Of a stretch of DNA of 64,000 nt, positions 10,087 to 20,019 are shown in pieces. The stretch covers positions 1 through 64,000 of the forward strand of contig NIVC01002572.1 in the NCBI GenBank assembly GCA_002269645.1, written 5' to 3'. Each line of letters starts with the position of its first letter. The stretch's first letter is position 1. The stretch is from Macrostomum lignano (Eukaryota). Made by a program: the position numbers and the translations under genes. The notes below the pieces were generated by a model. The model saw only the letters and a list, made by a program, of their open reading frames with translations, was not told where the DNA came from and made no database searches.

Positions 10087-10707
10087 CTAGACTCTCCTGT
10101 TCTTTCTCCAGTTCACCCCTCTGCTGGTTGCCATTTTCTTCTTAACTGATTTACCAATAGCGGAAAGCGGAACATTAAGCTTTTTCTGCTGCAGAAAATC
10201 GATGAACTCGTTCCACCCAACTGGTTCACGCTCACATGGCGAATCCCTCACTGCGTGCTGAATCAAGTCCAGTATGTTTGAGGAAGGGATTGACGTGCCT
10301 GCGATTTCCACCTCCCCGTTTTCACAAACTCGAATCAGCTCTGGATTGGTGGACAGGATCGTCCACAGACTGCGAGCCCTGGTTTTGAATTTCTGTGGCA
10401 CCGACTTGCTGATCTTCTCTTCCCAGGTGTTCATCTGGGGTGTCTCTGTTTTCATCAACTTGGCTTCAGTATTTCGTGATCCTTCTTTTCCAGCGTGCTT
10501 GCGCTTGGCCAGCAAACTTTGCATTGCACTTTGGTACATGGCGGTTTTCACATCTTCTGGACAATCCTCGGCATACAAGATGTCATCGCATTTCTTCTGA
10601 GCCTGCTTCAAGTCAGCTTCAGTGGTAGTCTCATTTGGCTTCAAATTCTGCATCAACATCTCATACTCTGCTTTAGGAATCAGAACCATTTCTGAAAATT
10701 TGTTCAT
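10087..10707 (-). CDS. Conserved Maverick hypothetical protein
   Basis: 206-aa intact ORF with the motif NGEV..G..IPSSNILDL..PVGW.EF..L...NVP.S.I, which I recall recurring in Maverick elements. Confidence 0.7.
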   Translation of the reverse strand: MNKFSEMVLIPKAEYEMLMQNLKPNETTTEADLKQAQKKCDDILYAEDCPEDVKTAMYQSAMQSLLAKRKHAGKEGSRNTEAKLMKTETPQMNTWEEKISKSVPQKFKTRARSLWTILSTNPELIRVCENGEVEIAGTSIPSSNILDLIQHAVRDSPCEREPVGWNEFIDFLQQKKLNVPLSAIGKSVKKKMATSRGVNWRKNRRV

Positions 10708-11010
10708 TTTGCTTCTTCTTCTTTACCAGCTTAAGCAGAATCGGGAGTATTTTGATGAAGCCAGCCTTCAACAAGTCTGTCTTTCTTCTTTTGTGAGTAA
10801 TTTTTCGAATTATCTCTTTTGACTTTGCAAGAACAGCTTTTTCATCGAGCGAAAACGATAGATTGTTTTGTAAGAGATTATGGCAGGCCTCGACAAGAAA
10901 ATAACGCACTTCTTTTGGACAATTTTTTATCAACAGCCGCTTGAAGCGCACGGTATATTTAGGTGACGCAAGAACCGCAAAAAACTTGCATGTGAATCAA
11001 GCACTTCCAT
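10673..11010 (-). CDS. Small basic protein with a hydrophobic C-terminal helix (adenovirus pX-like / putative virion membrane-active protein); one indel near 10965
   Basis: MEVLDSHASFLRFL (ATG 11010) joins ASPKYTVRFKRLL..EACHNLLQNN...KAGFIKILPILLKL with one added base. AGF..LPIL resembles the GGFLP.LIP motif of adenovirus pX. Confidence 0.55.
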
Positions 11011-11732
11011 AGCGATGAAAACAATAGCTGATAAAAACAAGCTTCACTTTCACTTTCAAATACAAGATGGGGTCGCTGGTTGGGCAAAATTCTGGCCCGC
11101 ACTCGCAGCTCATCGGGAGTTGATGGGTGAAAATCCAGGAACAGGTAAGCTCCCCTGCCCTGCGCGGTCACGTGCTTGAACACTGACAGCAGAAAGCCGG
11201 GCTTCTCTGTAAAGCACTGCCTGCCCAGTGCTGCAATCTGCAGCTGGTCTCTGGGGTTTTTCAAGATAGCTAAATACATTACATTCAAGCTCATTGTTCG
11301 CGACTCTTTTCCCTTGAAAAATATATTCTGAGTCAGCATCACCAAGAAGCACGGCAAGTGATGTGCGATTCCTGTGAAAAAATTTCGCATTGAAGCAGAG
11401 TTTGAAGTTTCCTCTATTAAGTCATCGAAAACAACCAGGTCATTGGGCCTAAGTGCTGCCTCGATGTTGGTGGGAAATCCCTGGCGCAGCTGCACACCTA
11501 GGCTGCTCAGTTCTGCATGGCCTGCCTGTGAGATCCCATAGTACCACAGAACTCTGCCAGGCTTCACATCAAACATGACGTCTCTGTACTGGATCAGGTG
11601 TTTGACAAAGGTTGTTTTTCCTGCATTGGTGGGCCCGCAGACAATCATGCAGCTTCCCTGCCTGAGGCGGATATCGTAGCAAACTTGCTTTTCTCCCATG
11701 TTTAATGCATAAATATTAGAAATCACGGACAT
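10959..11732 (-). CDS. A32/FtsK-like DNA packaging ATPase
   Basis: Walker A GPTNAGKT, Walker B VVFDDL, then HH..TQNIF, LKNPRD..QI..LGRQ and YLFLDFHP. Confidence 0.93.
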   Translation of the reverse strand: MSVISNIYALNMGEKQVCYDIRLRQGSCMIVCGPTNAGKTTFVKHLIQYRDVMFDVKPGRVLWYYGISQAGHAELSSLGVQLRQGFPTNIEAALRPNDLVVFDDLIEETSNSASMRNFFTGIAHHLPCFLVMLTQNIFFKGKESRTMSLNVMYLAILKNPRDQLQIAALGRQCFTEKPGFLLSVFKHVTAQGRGAYLFLDFHPSTPDELRVRARILPNQRPHLVFESESEACFYQLLFSSLWKCLIHMQVFCGSCVT

Positions 11733-11775
11733 CTTTTTCTTAAGTTGGCTTCAAACCTCTGTAAGATTCTATCAT

Positions 11776-12234
11776 TCAAATGATTTTTTCATTAGCATGC
11801 AAATGCTTCAAAATCCCCTCAAATGACCGATTGAACAGAAACTTTTGATAAGCAAAATAGATGCAAAACACTCCGCATTTATTAGAGTTAGCACATTGAA
11901 CTCTGTTTATATTGCTTCGGAGCCAAAAGCCAGTTGTTTTAATCTCTCGAAACAAATTATAAACCAAAGATAAAATTTCAGGTTCCCAGCCGAGGGAGTT
12001 GAACAACTCAATGCGATTTCCTTGCCCAACATAGCACACCACCCAGTGACCAAATGAGCCATTGTGCTGAAGTAGGACAAAAACAAACTTGTTTTCAAAG
12101 GAAATTGATGATCTAAATTTTCTTTTTACATTCAAGGGCAGAGAATTTTTATAGCGCAAATGTAAAGTAACTATGAGAAATTTTTGGTAAGGCAAAAATT
12201 TTCTGGCGAGATTAAGTAGTTGAATTGCATCCAT
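11776..12234 (-). CDS. Adenain-like (adenovirus-type) cysteine maturation protease
   Basis: GHW (His), FNSLG, Q..NSNKCG.FC (oxyanion Gln, catalytic Cys). Confidence 0.85.
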   Translation of the reverse strand: MDAIQLLNLARKFLPYQKFLIVTLHLRYKNSLPLNVKRKFRSSISFENKFVFVLLQHNGSFGHWVVCYVGQGNRIELFNSLGWEPEILSLVYNLFREIKTTGFWLRSNINRVQCANSNKCGVFCIYFAYQKFLFNRSFEGILKHLHANEKII

Positions 12235-12239
12235 GTCAA

Positions 12240-13512
12240 TTAAGATGAATAGTCCAGCAAAAGCTCTCGGTGCTTGGTGACCTCAATCAGCGAGTCATAC
12301 AGGCACATAGCAATCAGGGACACCGCTTCATCAGAGCCTGTTGGAAGCGAATCTCCAGCCGCAGGTTGCCCTCCTTCTGTCCGTACCACAGAGCCGCTCC
12401 CTCGGTGTGAGATCGAATGCAAACACCGTGTGTTGTTGGAGAAGAGCTGGTAGGGGATCCACGGACCGAGTTTGCTTGCAGATTGACAGCTTTTCAGGTA
12501 GTGCAAGTATTCTCTTACAAAGGAATTGTTTTCAGGTGTGAAGGCGCCGTGGCACACGGTTTCCCCACCTTTCTTTAGAGCCAATCGGCTAAGGTTGAAG
12601 CTCTGGAACTGGAACGGGCTCGCGTGATGATGACCGTTGAATGCTCGGTGGCTCACGAAGGCCAGCATGATAAACTTCGGCAATTTTCCATGAGTGAATC
12701 CTTCAATGTTTTTTGACTGAATACCCTGGGGTAGGATGAAGTTCTGCATTTCAGTTCGCTCGATGGGATACAGTGCATTTTGGTTTGTCAGCCCCTGCTC
12801 GTGGGCCAGGCTGATGTGGGGCATCACTTTGACTCGGCGAAGATGCAGAATGCTGTGAGAGATTTCCATTCGTATGCCGCGTTGTTTGCATTCGGGGTTC
12901 TGATGGCAAAGGCCCCATCGCTGGGGACCAGTTTGATGTGCAGTGCAGATTGCTTAGCAGAAACACTGGGCACTGGAAAACATCGCTGAAGAGCGGCCCC
13001 GCATACTCCATCCATTGGGATTCCCTGTGGCTCTCCGTGTGCTCTTCAGCTGCCGAGTTCGGCTCCAGGAAGCCAGCAGGGTAAAGTTTTAGTTGCTGGG
13101 CATCGGATGAGCTCATTAGTGCTTTGAAGTACGCATGGTAGGGATAGAGCTGGTCTCCACCAGACACCACTCGCTGGTTAATGCTCACAATTACATCTGA
13201 GAAGGCTGTAGACAGAACAAAATTTTCTGGGTGCACGTCACTGTCTCTGCGCTCGGTGATGATGCCATCTCCATCTCGAACATCCTCCCTCAGCAAACCC
13301 CCATCCAGTCTCACAAGGCGGCAGCGAATATAAAGAAAAGAATTCAGCAGATCTGTGTATTCATCGGCAGATTGGTGGCAGTCAAATTCAATGGGAGAGT
13401 TTGCAACAATGGAATTAACTGGGTGAATATCAACATAAGTAGCTTTTTCAATGCAGGTTTGTAGAACGGGCGTCTTAAATAAATCAAGTCTGGGATTGAA
13501 TCCGTAAGCCAT
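12240..13512 (-). CDS. Double jelly-roll major capsid protein (PY); ~5 single-base frameshifts
   Basis: LDLF..P..QT.IE...YV...P, PIEF, DL.NSFLY, YPY.AY, GPLFSDVF.C, G.LPK..., FNG....PF.F, FAFDLTP, GNLRLEIRF and IEV...R....DY. Adding 5 single bases gives ~425 aa. Confidence 0.88.
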
Positions 13513-13514
13513 GT

Positions 13515-13892
13515 CTATGACAGAGAGTCGAGCACGCGTTTCACAGTTTTCTTGCTGACTTTTTGCTTTCGCTTTCCTCCGCCTGCTCTATTCTTCTTTG
13601 CTTTCGTCTTCCTATTCTTAAGCTTTTTCCCACTAGCCTTGCTCGACCTCTTACTGCGATTTCCACCAGTTGCCTTTCGGGTGCCCTTCTTTTTCTTCAA
13701 TCGTTTCGGACTTGCTTCAGTATTTCTTTTGCGCCTGACGTTGCTAAGCGTCGAGGCTGATGATGATGATATAGCCGCTGGCGGAGGCTGGTATGTCATG
13801 ATCCCTGGGAAGCTCCCACAGCCATAGAGTGCAGGCTTTTCGTGTCCTGTCCTCACCCCCGAATATTGCTGGATTAGCTGCTGGTAGTTCAT
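13515..13892 (-). CDS. Lys/Arg-rich putative DNA-condensing core protein (125 aa)
   Basis: ATG 13892 overlaps the mCP stop (ATGA). MNYQQLIQQYSG.. is followed by a very basic C-terminal half; the stop lies 2 nt before the MCP ATG. Confidence 0.7.
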   Translation of the reverse strand: MNYQQLIQQYSGVRTGHEKPALYGCGSFPGIMTYQPPPAAISSSSASTLSNVRRKRNTEASPKRLKKKKGTRKATGGNRSKRSSKASGKKLKNRKTKAKKNRAGGGKRKQKVSKKTVKRVLDSLS

Positions 13893-14698
13893 TGAATGCG
13901 TTTCTCCTGAATTTGAACTGTAAGCAGAACAGGGCTGTGAGTCTGTGCAATCAGTGGGCAACCATAGATGTCACGGAGCTGAACTCGAATGCTGTGAAGA
14001 AGACTGATTCGTTGAATCGGGAAGAATATTGTTTTCTTAAATATTTTTGTTTGATAGTTGCCCCATTCAATGCCGGCTTTCATTCCAACTGTTCTCAACA
14101 AGGAGCTCCAGTTGCAATTAGTTGACTCAACGATACTGCAGTGCACATTGATTAAGCTGGTGCGCGGGCAGCCAATGCAATGCTCGGACACGCGGCTCCC
14201 TGGCTGGATTTTCACAGCCTGGTTTCCAAATCCCAGCCAATGCAGAATTTTACTAGATGGAAGAAACAGCTCTGCTCTCGCAGTGTTGTTGTGCACCACA
14301 GTTCGTGAGTTGTGGATTTCGAACTTCATACCGAATTCCCTGTTGCCACTACGCCCCATCAGGCCGGACTCATCAGCCTCCATCTCAGACTCCCTGTCAC
14401 TCATTGCATCAAAGAACAGCGAATCAGAGTTGGCCAGCAGCTCATTCAGGCGCTCCACCAGCTCCTCCACTCTAGCAAAGCGTCCGGGTTGAAGAACCAG
14501 GGCCTCATGCTCTCTTCCATCTGAGACAGTGAAGCAGTAAGGCTCGTCAACATTGAACCATGCAGCAGGCAGATGGATTTCAGCCAGACCTGCCTCATAG
14601 TCCACATTTCGATCCAAGTAAATAGGTGAAGGCAGGTAAAAATTAAAGTCACTAGGAGTACCTTCAGCATGCTCACTGTTAATCAAAATAGTTCGCAT
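13889..14698 (-). CDS. Minor capsid / penton-like protein (PX)
   Basis: TPSDF...LP.PI.L..YE.GL.EI.LP..W.NV, PGRF..VEEL...LN, LGF, LLRTV and I.VQLRD..G. Confidence 0.82.
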   Translation of the reverse strand: MRTILINSEHAEGTPSDFNFYLPSPIYLDRNVDYEAGLAEIHLPAAWFNVDEPYCFTVSDGREHEALVLQPGRFARVEELVERLNELLANSDSLFFDAMSDRESEMEADESGLMGRSGNREFGMKFEIHNSRTVVHNNTARAELFLPSSKILHWLGFGNQAVKIQPGSRVSEHCIGCPRTSLINVHCSIVESTNCNWSSLLRTVGMKAGIEWGNYQTKIFKKTIFFPIQRISLLHSIRVQLRDIYGCPLIAQTHSPVLLTVQIQEKRIQ

Positions 14699-14735
14699 TA
14701 TAATGATAAACTTCAAGATGAGGGATGTGCCAAAG

Positions 14736-15806
14736 CTAAACCTTTCTTAAGTCTTTTTCATCCACCCAGCCAGTCGAGTCGTAGCCCGCTCATTTCACCA
14801 GATAGCGAATTTTTCCCTTCCGCTTCTCCGTTTTCAGGATCTTCTCAATCACATACAGCCGCTGTGAGTCCGGGACAGCCTGCAGCTCGTGCTCATGGAA
14901 GAGTCCTCGAATCTCTTGCCCCCGCATGTCTTTAATCTTGTACATGTAGGGATAATGTTTTGGGGCTCTGCTCACCACGGTGTACACTTCCTCACTCCAG
15001 CTCGCTTTGTATCCCTTTTTGAATAGCCGTGGAGCATTGGAAATTCTCACTGACTGGTTTTCAGCGAATTTAGGCTTCCTTAATTTTTCTAGAGTCTCGA
15101 CTGCTTTTCCGTCGTACAGGTTCATCCACACTTCAGATTCATTCTCTTTGCAGACACTAGTGGGTGCCATTTTGATGCTTCTGTGGTAGGTATTGTTGTA
15201 GGATTTTACCAGCTTAGGCAGCACATCAAGCCAGTGCAGTGTGCTCTTGTAGGTGAAGTAGCGCCACATTCTACTTTTCAGAGTCCGATTCCATCGCTCA
15301 ATGACAGCCGCCTTCTGCTCGCTGTTAGTTGGGAAAGCCAGAATCCCTCTGTCAATGCAGTATTGACGGAAAGTGGAGTTGATAAATTCCTTCCCCTGAT
15401 CTGTGCGAACTGTGCGCGGCTGTCGCTTTGAACTTCTCAGTATGCTCTCGAATGCTGACTTCACTTCTGCAGCAGATTTATTTTTCAGTGCCTTGGCCCA
15501 AGCACATTTTGAGAGCACGTCAATGCATGTGAGAATATATTTGTAGCCTTTATTATGCTTTGCAAATGGAATCATTTCCACTAAGTCAAGTTCCCACTGA
15601 TCATCGATTGCGCGCACTATGATTGGGGCCCTTGGATATCGCCTCCTAGCTGGCTTGTGCAGAGTGTGCACTGGCTGCTCGCTGAGCCACTGCTCAATGC
15701 TCTTTGCAGATATTCGATCACCTCTTTGCCTCACTTCATGCAGCAACTTTGAGGCACAAGAAAAACTAGCCGGTTGCTCAGGTTTCAAATAAATTTTCTC
15801 CATCAT
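14736..15806 (-). CDS. Retroviral-like DDE (rve) integrase with a C-terminal chromodomain interrupted by TGA
   Basis: WELDL, TDQGKEF and IERWNRTLK (D..D-33-E). C-terminus reads YVIEKIL..YLVK*AGYDSTGWVDEKDL; the TGA at 14790-14792 sits at the conserved Trp codon. Confidence 0.95.
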
Positions 15807-16134
15807 GGGTTTATCAAGATACGTGCCTATCCACCTGCTCTAGCTGTACAGTATTTTTTTTCTTAAGTAGAAATTTATATTCCAATTAAATGATAGAGAA
15901 ACGAGTGGCAAATTAATTTATTACTGTCAGATTGAAACCTCTAACATCGTAACAGTCGGTGTATTTTCCGAAAGCAAACAATCCATAAAAACGAACACTA
16001 AAACACTCGCACACCAGCATTTCAGAAATAGCAGAGATAAAAAACAGCATAGTGCCGTCAGATATAGGCTGGATAATCATGTGCAAGCTAAAAGTAATTT
16101 AGTTAGTCCAATGCATTCAAAGCATTCTAGCTGT

Positions 16135-16908
16135 TCAGTTATCAAAGCGAACATTGGGCAGCCTCATCGCGTCCTGCCGACGAAGTTGAAATGGCAGCTT
16201 TCGCTTCCTGCTGCTGCTGCTCACCGTCGAAGCCGCTGCATGCGCCCTGAACTGATACCACACCGGATCTTCCTCAAGGTTGGTGTCCCGCTGCGGAAGC
16301 AGTCCAGCATCAGAATCAACCAAAGGTATCGGTGTGGATGTGATAGGCTCAGTCACAATGCGCGGCCTTGTGGGCGAGCTAACGTCCTCGTCATCAGCAT
16401 GCTCTCCGCCCTCATCAGTCTCCATTATGGGCTTCGTGTCCTGGTCAGCCTCCAACTTGAGCTTCTTGTCCTCTTCCTCCTCTTCCTCATCAGACTCCAG
16501 CTCGTACTGCATTGAGTTCCTCAAGGGAGCCACCAGCTGACCGTCGATCCAGGAGGCGATTTTCCAGAGCTTCTGCCACAGCGGCGGAGTCAGTGGTACG
16601 GCGTTTCGTCTCAAAAACTCCTCGCAGCAATCTTCCGGCAGCCGTTTGAGCCAAATGATGCCGCCTTTGACTTCCACAAACTTATCGAAGCCGAGTTTCA
16701 CGACCTTGGGCTCGTTGTTGCGTGCAGAAATCACAAGTGAGCGTTTCACCTCCTTCAATTTCTTCCATTGGTGAACATTCAGGTTGAATCCTGGGACGCC
16801 TGGCTTCAGACTTGCCGTGCTGCCGTGTCGGTAAAACTTGCGAATAGCGATAAATTTTTGTCCTTCAAACTCCTGGACTTGTGCCTTATAGCCTTCACAG
16901 ATGTCCAT
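16135..16908 (-). CDS. PC4/Sub1-like ssDNA-binding coactivator, tandem domains plus acidic and basic tail
   Basis: YKAQVQEFEGQKFIAIRKFY....LKPGVPGFNLNVHQWKKLKE matches PC4 [20 protein letters not shown]...[20 protein letters not shown]. A second degenerate copy reads LGFDKFVEV..IWLKR...NAVPLTPPLWQKL. Confidence 0.8.
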   Translation of the reverse strand: MDICEGYKAQVQEFEGQKFIAIRKFYRHGSTASLKPGVPGFNLNVHQWKKLKEVKRSLVISARNNEPKVVKLGFDKFVEVKGGIIWLKRLPEDCCEEFLRRNAVPLTPPLWQKLWKIASWIDGQLVAPLRNSMQYELESDEEEEEEDKKLKLEADQDTKPIMETDEGGEHADDEDVSSPTRPRIVTEPITSTPIPLVDSDAGLLPQRDTNLEEDPVWYQFRAHAAASTVSSSSRKRKLPFQLRRQDAMRLPNVRFDN

Positions 16909-17012
16909 TTTCCTTTCGCAATTGAAAACTCACAAAAGTTAAAAGCTGAGGAAAAGTTCGGATGAAATTTTGGATTTGAAAAATTGAGAATTCTTTCTTG
17001 TCAGTTTCGGGG

Positions 17013-17074
17013 CTTATATACCCTCGACCGAACCACCCCAAACCACCCATCCCACTCCGGGCTCTGTGATTGGC
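17013..17074 (-). promoter_or_regulatory. CCAAT + TATA promoter for the leftward gene block (PC4-like gene first)
   Basis: On the - strand: GCCAATC at 17068-17074, TATATAAG at 17013-17020, then ATG at 16908. Confidence 0.6.
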
Positions 17075-17268
17075 TCTTTCGCAAACATTATTTCCAATTA
17101 CATAGATTAACATTCATTCAGCTAAGCTAACCCACTCCATCCTATCTCTGCAGTGTTAACCACCCCCAATGCAAAGAGATAGGCCGCCTCTCCTCCTATC
17201 TCTGCAGTGTTAACCATCTCCAGTGTAAAGAGATAGGCCGCCTCTCCTCCTATCACTCCAGTGTTAAG

Positions 17269-17608
17269 CAGAGATAGAGCTCATATCTCTGCAGAGCTTA
17301 GCCGTCCCCAATGCACAGAGATAGAGCTCATATCTCTGCAGTGCTTAGCCGTCCCCAATGCACAGAGATAGAGCTCATATCTCTGCAGTGCTTAGCCGTC
17401 CCCAATGCACAGAGATAGAGCTCATATCTCTGCAGTGCTTAGCCGTCCCCAATGCACAGAGATAGAGCTCATATCTCTGCAGTGCTTAGCCGTCCCCAAT
17501 GCACAGAGATAGGGCTCATATCTCCGCAGTGTATTTTTCCCTGTACATTTGCATTGCCGCCTATCTCGCCAGTGCTAGTGCGGCAGTATCATAATTCGCC
17601 CTACTACT
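17269..17608 (-). repeat. Right TIR (~340 bp)
   Basis: Reverse complement of 487-~826. Units start at 17298, 17345, 17392, 17439 and 17486 (variant). Only a G3/G4 homopolymer difference and one mismatch at 17295 were seen relative to the left TIR. Confidence 0.95.
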
Positions 17609-17949
17609 CAGAAGGATATTAAAAACATTCCTCCCAGACTTAGTGTCGCCTGTCTAGACTGTTAAAGGTCAACCCGTCTCAGACCCAGACAGCCTGACCT
17701 TCAAAGATGCGTAAACAACCCAAAAATAGAATCCTAAGGGAAGTACATTGAGTATCTAAAAGAATTAATAATAATGTCATAAATTAATATAGAACCCAGC
17801 CTAGATCAGAGAATAGAGAGAAAGTACTAAGCTAGCCTACTGACAGTAGGGGAAAAAGCGCATCGGAGCAAAATGTGCGGTTTTAAGATTGAAAAAAATG
17901 CGTCCTCATCACTAAAAAGTTATTTACCTTAACTTATTCTATCTAACTA

Positions 17950-19228
17950 TTAGGGTGAGCCAAAAGTTTCCGGAATTTGAACATTTTAAAACTATAACAA
18001 ATATAGTGTCAAGAACAAACAGTTTACAGCGATGTGATGTAGTTGCCATTCAAGGCCCTGACCCTCTCCCATCTTGCTGGCAATGCCTCAATCCCCTCCC
18101 TCCAGAAGCTCGCAGGCTTTGAATCAATCCATTTCTGCACTGCCTGCTCCACATGTTGCTTGTTGGCGAACCGCTGTCCATCACAAAAGCTCTGGAGAGA
18201 CCTGAACACATGGTAGTCACATGGCGAGAGGTCTGGCGAGTATGGTGGGTGGGGCAAAACACTGAAGCCCAGGCTTGCCAGCTTGGCCTGGGTGAGTCTT
18301 GCTTTGTGAGGCCGCGCATTGTCGAAGAGGAGCACCTTGTCGCAGTGTCCCGGGCACACGGATCGCAGCAAACGGGCGACCTGCTCCAGTTCGCTGCAGA
18401 TCACCTCCGCGTTCACAGCCATGCCATGCGGGATGACCTCCCAGAAAACAGGGCCAGACGAGCAGAACCAGAAAGAGAGCAGCTCCTTGCCGCAGTGGGG
18501 GTTCCGCATTGGGCAGCTGGGTAGTTCTTCAGAAGCATCGACACAGACGGCTGATGTGCTTGGGTTCTCATAGCAGACCCACTTCTCGTCTTGAGCGATT
18601 ATCGACTTGAGAAAGTTTGGCGAACCGGCCTGGCGAAGATTCGAAGTTGCCACATCCACCCTGGCTCTCAACTGCTGGGGTGTCAGCTCATGGAGCATCA
18701 GAGTTAGCTTCTTCGGCACCTTAATTGTCTGCATAGGCTTCGCCGGACCGTGCCATAGGACACCCCAGTAGCGGCTGACAGCTTGCGCACGCTGTAGTCC
18801 GGATTGTCCTCAAGGGCTTGGAGAACGGCATCGCCATCAGCAGCAGGGGGTCGGCCTGACCTCGGCTTGTCCTTCAGCTCATAGTTCTCCTCAGCAAAGC
18901 GAGAGAACCAGTCGTACACCGACGACTTGGAGGGTGCATGTGGGTCCATTAGCTGCAACAACTCGCGATGTGCCTCTGCTGCGTTGCGTCCCGCATGAAA
19001 GTGGTTGAGCAGAATTGCATGCTCGCCATTCAGTTCTTGGCAGTTCCATTGGATGCGTTTGCTGGCTTAAGTAGGCAGGGTCGGGAAACTGAGCAATGTT
19101 AAGCTAAAGAGTGATGATAAGGCTGGCCAACAGCATAGTAGATGGTTGCTGCTTTTAAGCTTTTCCATAGACAAAAATTAACTAAAAGTTCGATTCTAAA
19201 AATTCCGGAAACTTTTGGCTCACCCTAA
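17950..19228 (-). mobile_element. Mariner (DD34D) transposon, 1279 bp
   Basis: Perfect 29-bp TIRs TTAGGGTGAGCCAAAAGTTTCCGGAATTT (17950-17978, 19200-19228), flanked by a TA TSD. Confidence 0.96.
18024..19049 (-). pseudogene. Mariner transposase with two frameshifts (~19020, ~18715)
   Basis: HTH region WFSRF..D.PRSGRP; catalytic QDEKW, DNARPH and YSPDLSPCD, with 34 residues between D2 and D3. Confidence 0.88.
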
Positions 19229-19629
19229 TATATACGCATGTACCTACATGTGCATGTAATAGCGTTACTGAACGGTATTTCTAGAAAATGTTGCTTTAAA
19301 ATTAGCGCGAAATTGATATTCTTTTGTTATAATCTTTGTGATTTAGTATAAGGAGCGAATTTATGGGAAGAAAGGATAATTCGTTCGCTTACTATAGGCT
19401 TCAAAACGTGTTCGCTATAAAGATCGTTCTCAGATTTATCAATCATTTTGCAGTAAAGTATTCGGAGAAACTCGCCGAGGTGATCAGGAGTATAGACCAA
19501 TGGAGTACATGCATTAGAAGTACACGTTTAGAGTAAGCGCCGTGACCCTCTAATCTCGGTAACGCCCAGACTGGAGAATAGTACATACATGCATACCAGT
19601 AAGACCGCTCAGGCCAAGTTTACTAAAGC

Positions 19630-19771
19630 GCTACCGGAAAATTTATAAGAACGCTACCAGAACATTACTAAGAACGCTACCAGAACATTACTAAGAACGC
19701 TACCAGAACATTATTAAGAACGCTACCAGAACATTATTAAGAACGCTACCAGAACATTACTAAGAACGCTA
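19630..19771 (+). repeat. 23-bp minisatellite (CCAGAACATTACTAAGAACGCTA)
   Basis: About 6 tandem copies. Confidence 0.85.
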
Positions 19772-19932
19772 CCCAGACTCAGACAAAGAGAGAGCCAAAA
19801 CCCAGAGGACAACTTTGGTGGCATTAGTAGGATTATTTTATTAAGACAAAAGTAAGCCCTAGGACATACATGCACCTAATCTATCTATCTGCATACCGAA
19901 TGTATGTCTTAACTGTCTGTCTAGCTACATGC

Positions 19933-19934
<2 letters not shown>

Positions 19935-19985
<51 letters not shown>

Positions 19986-19986
19986 C

Positions 19987-20018
<32 letters not shown>
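19935..20018 (+). repeat. (TATC)n microsatellite
   Basis: Direct reading of the sequence. Confidence 0.95.

Positions 20019-20019
<1 letters not shown>

Larger units (their letters stand above)
487..17608. mobile_element. Complete Polinton/Maverick (polintovirus-like) element, 17,122 bp
   Basis: Left end AGTAGTAGGGCGAATTATGATAC (487) is the exact reverse complement of the right end (ends 17608). CAGAAG flanks both sides (481-486, 17609-17614), a 6-bp TSD. Encodes pPolB, DDE integrase, A32 ATPase, adenain protease, MCP and mCP. Confidence 0.97.
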
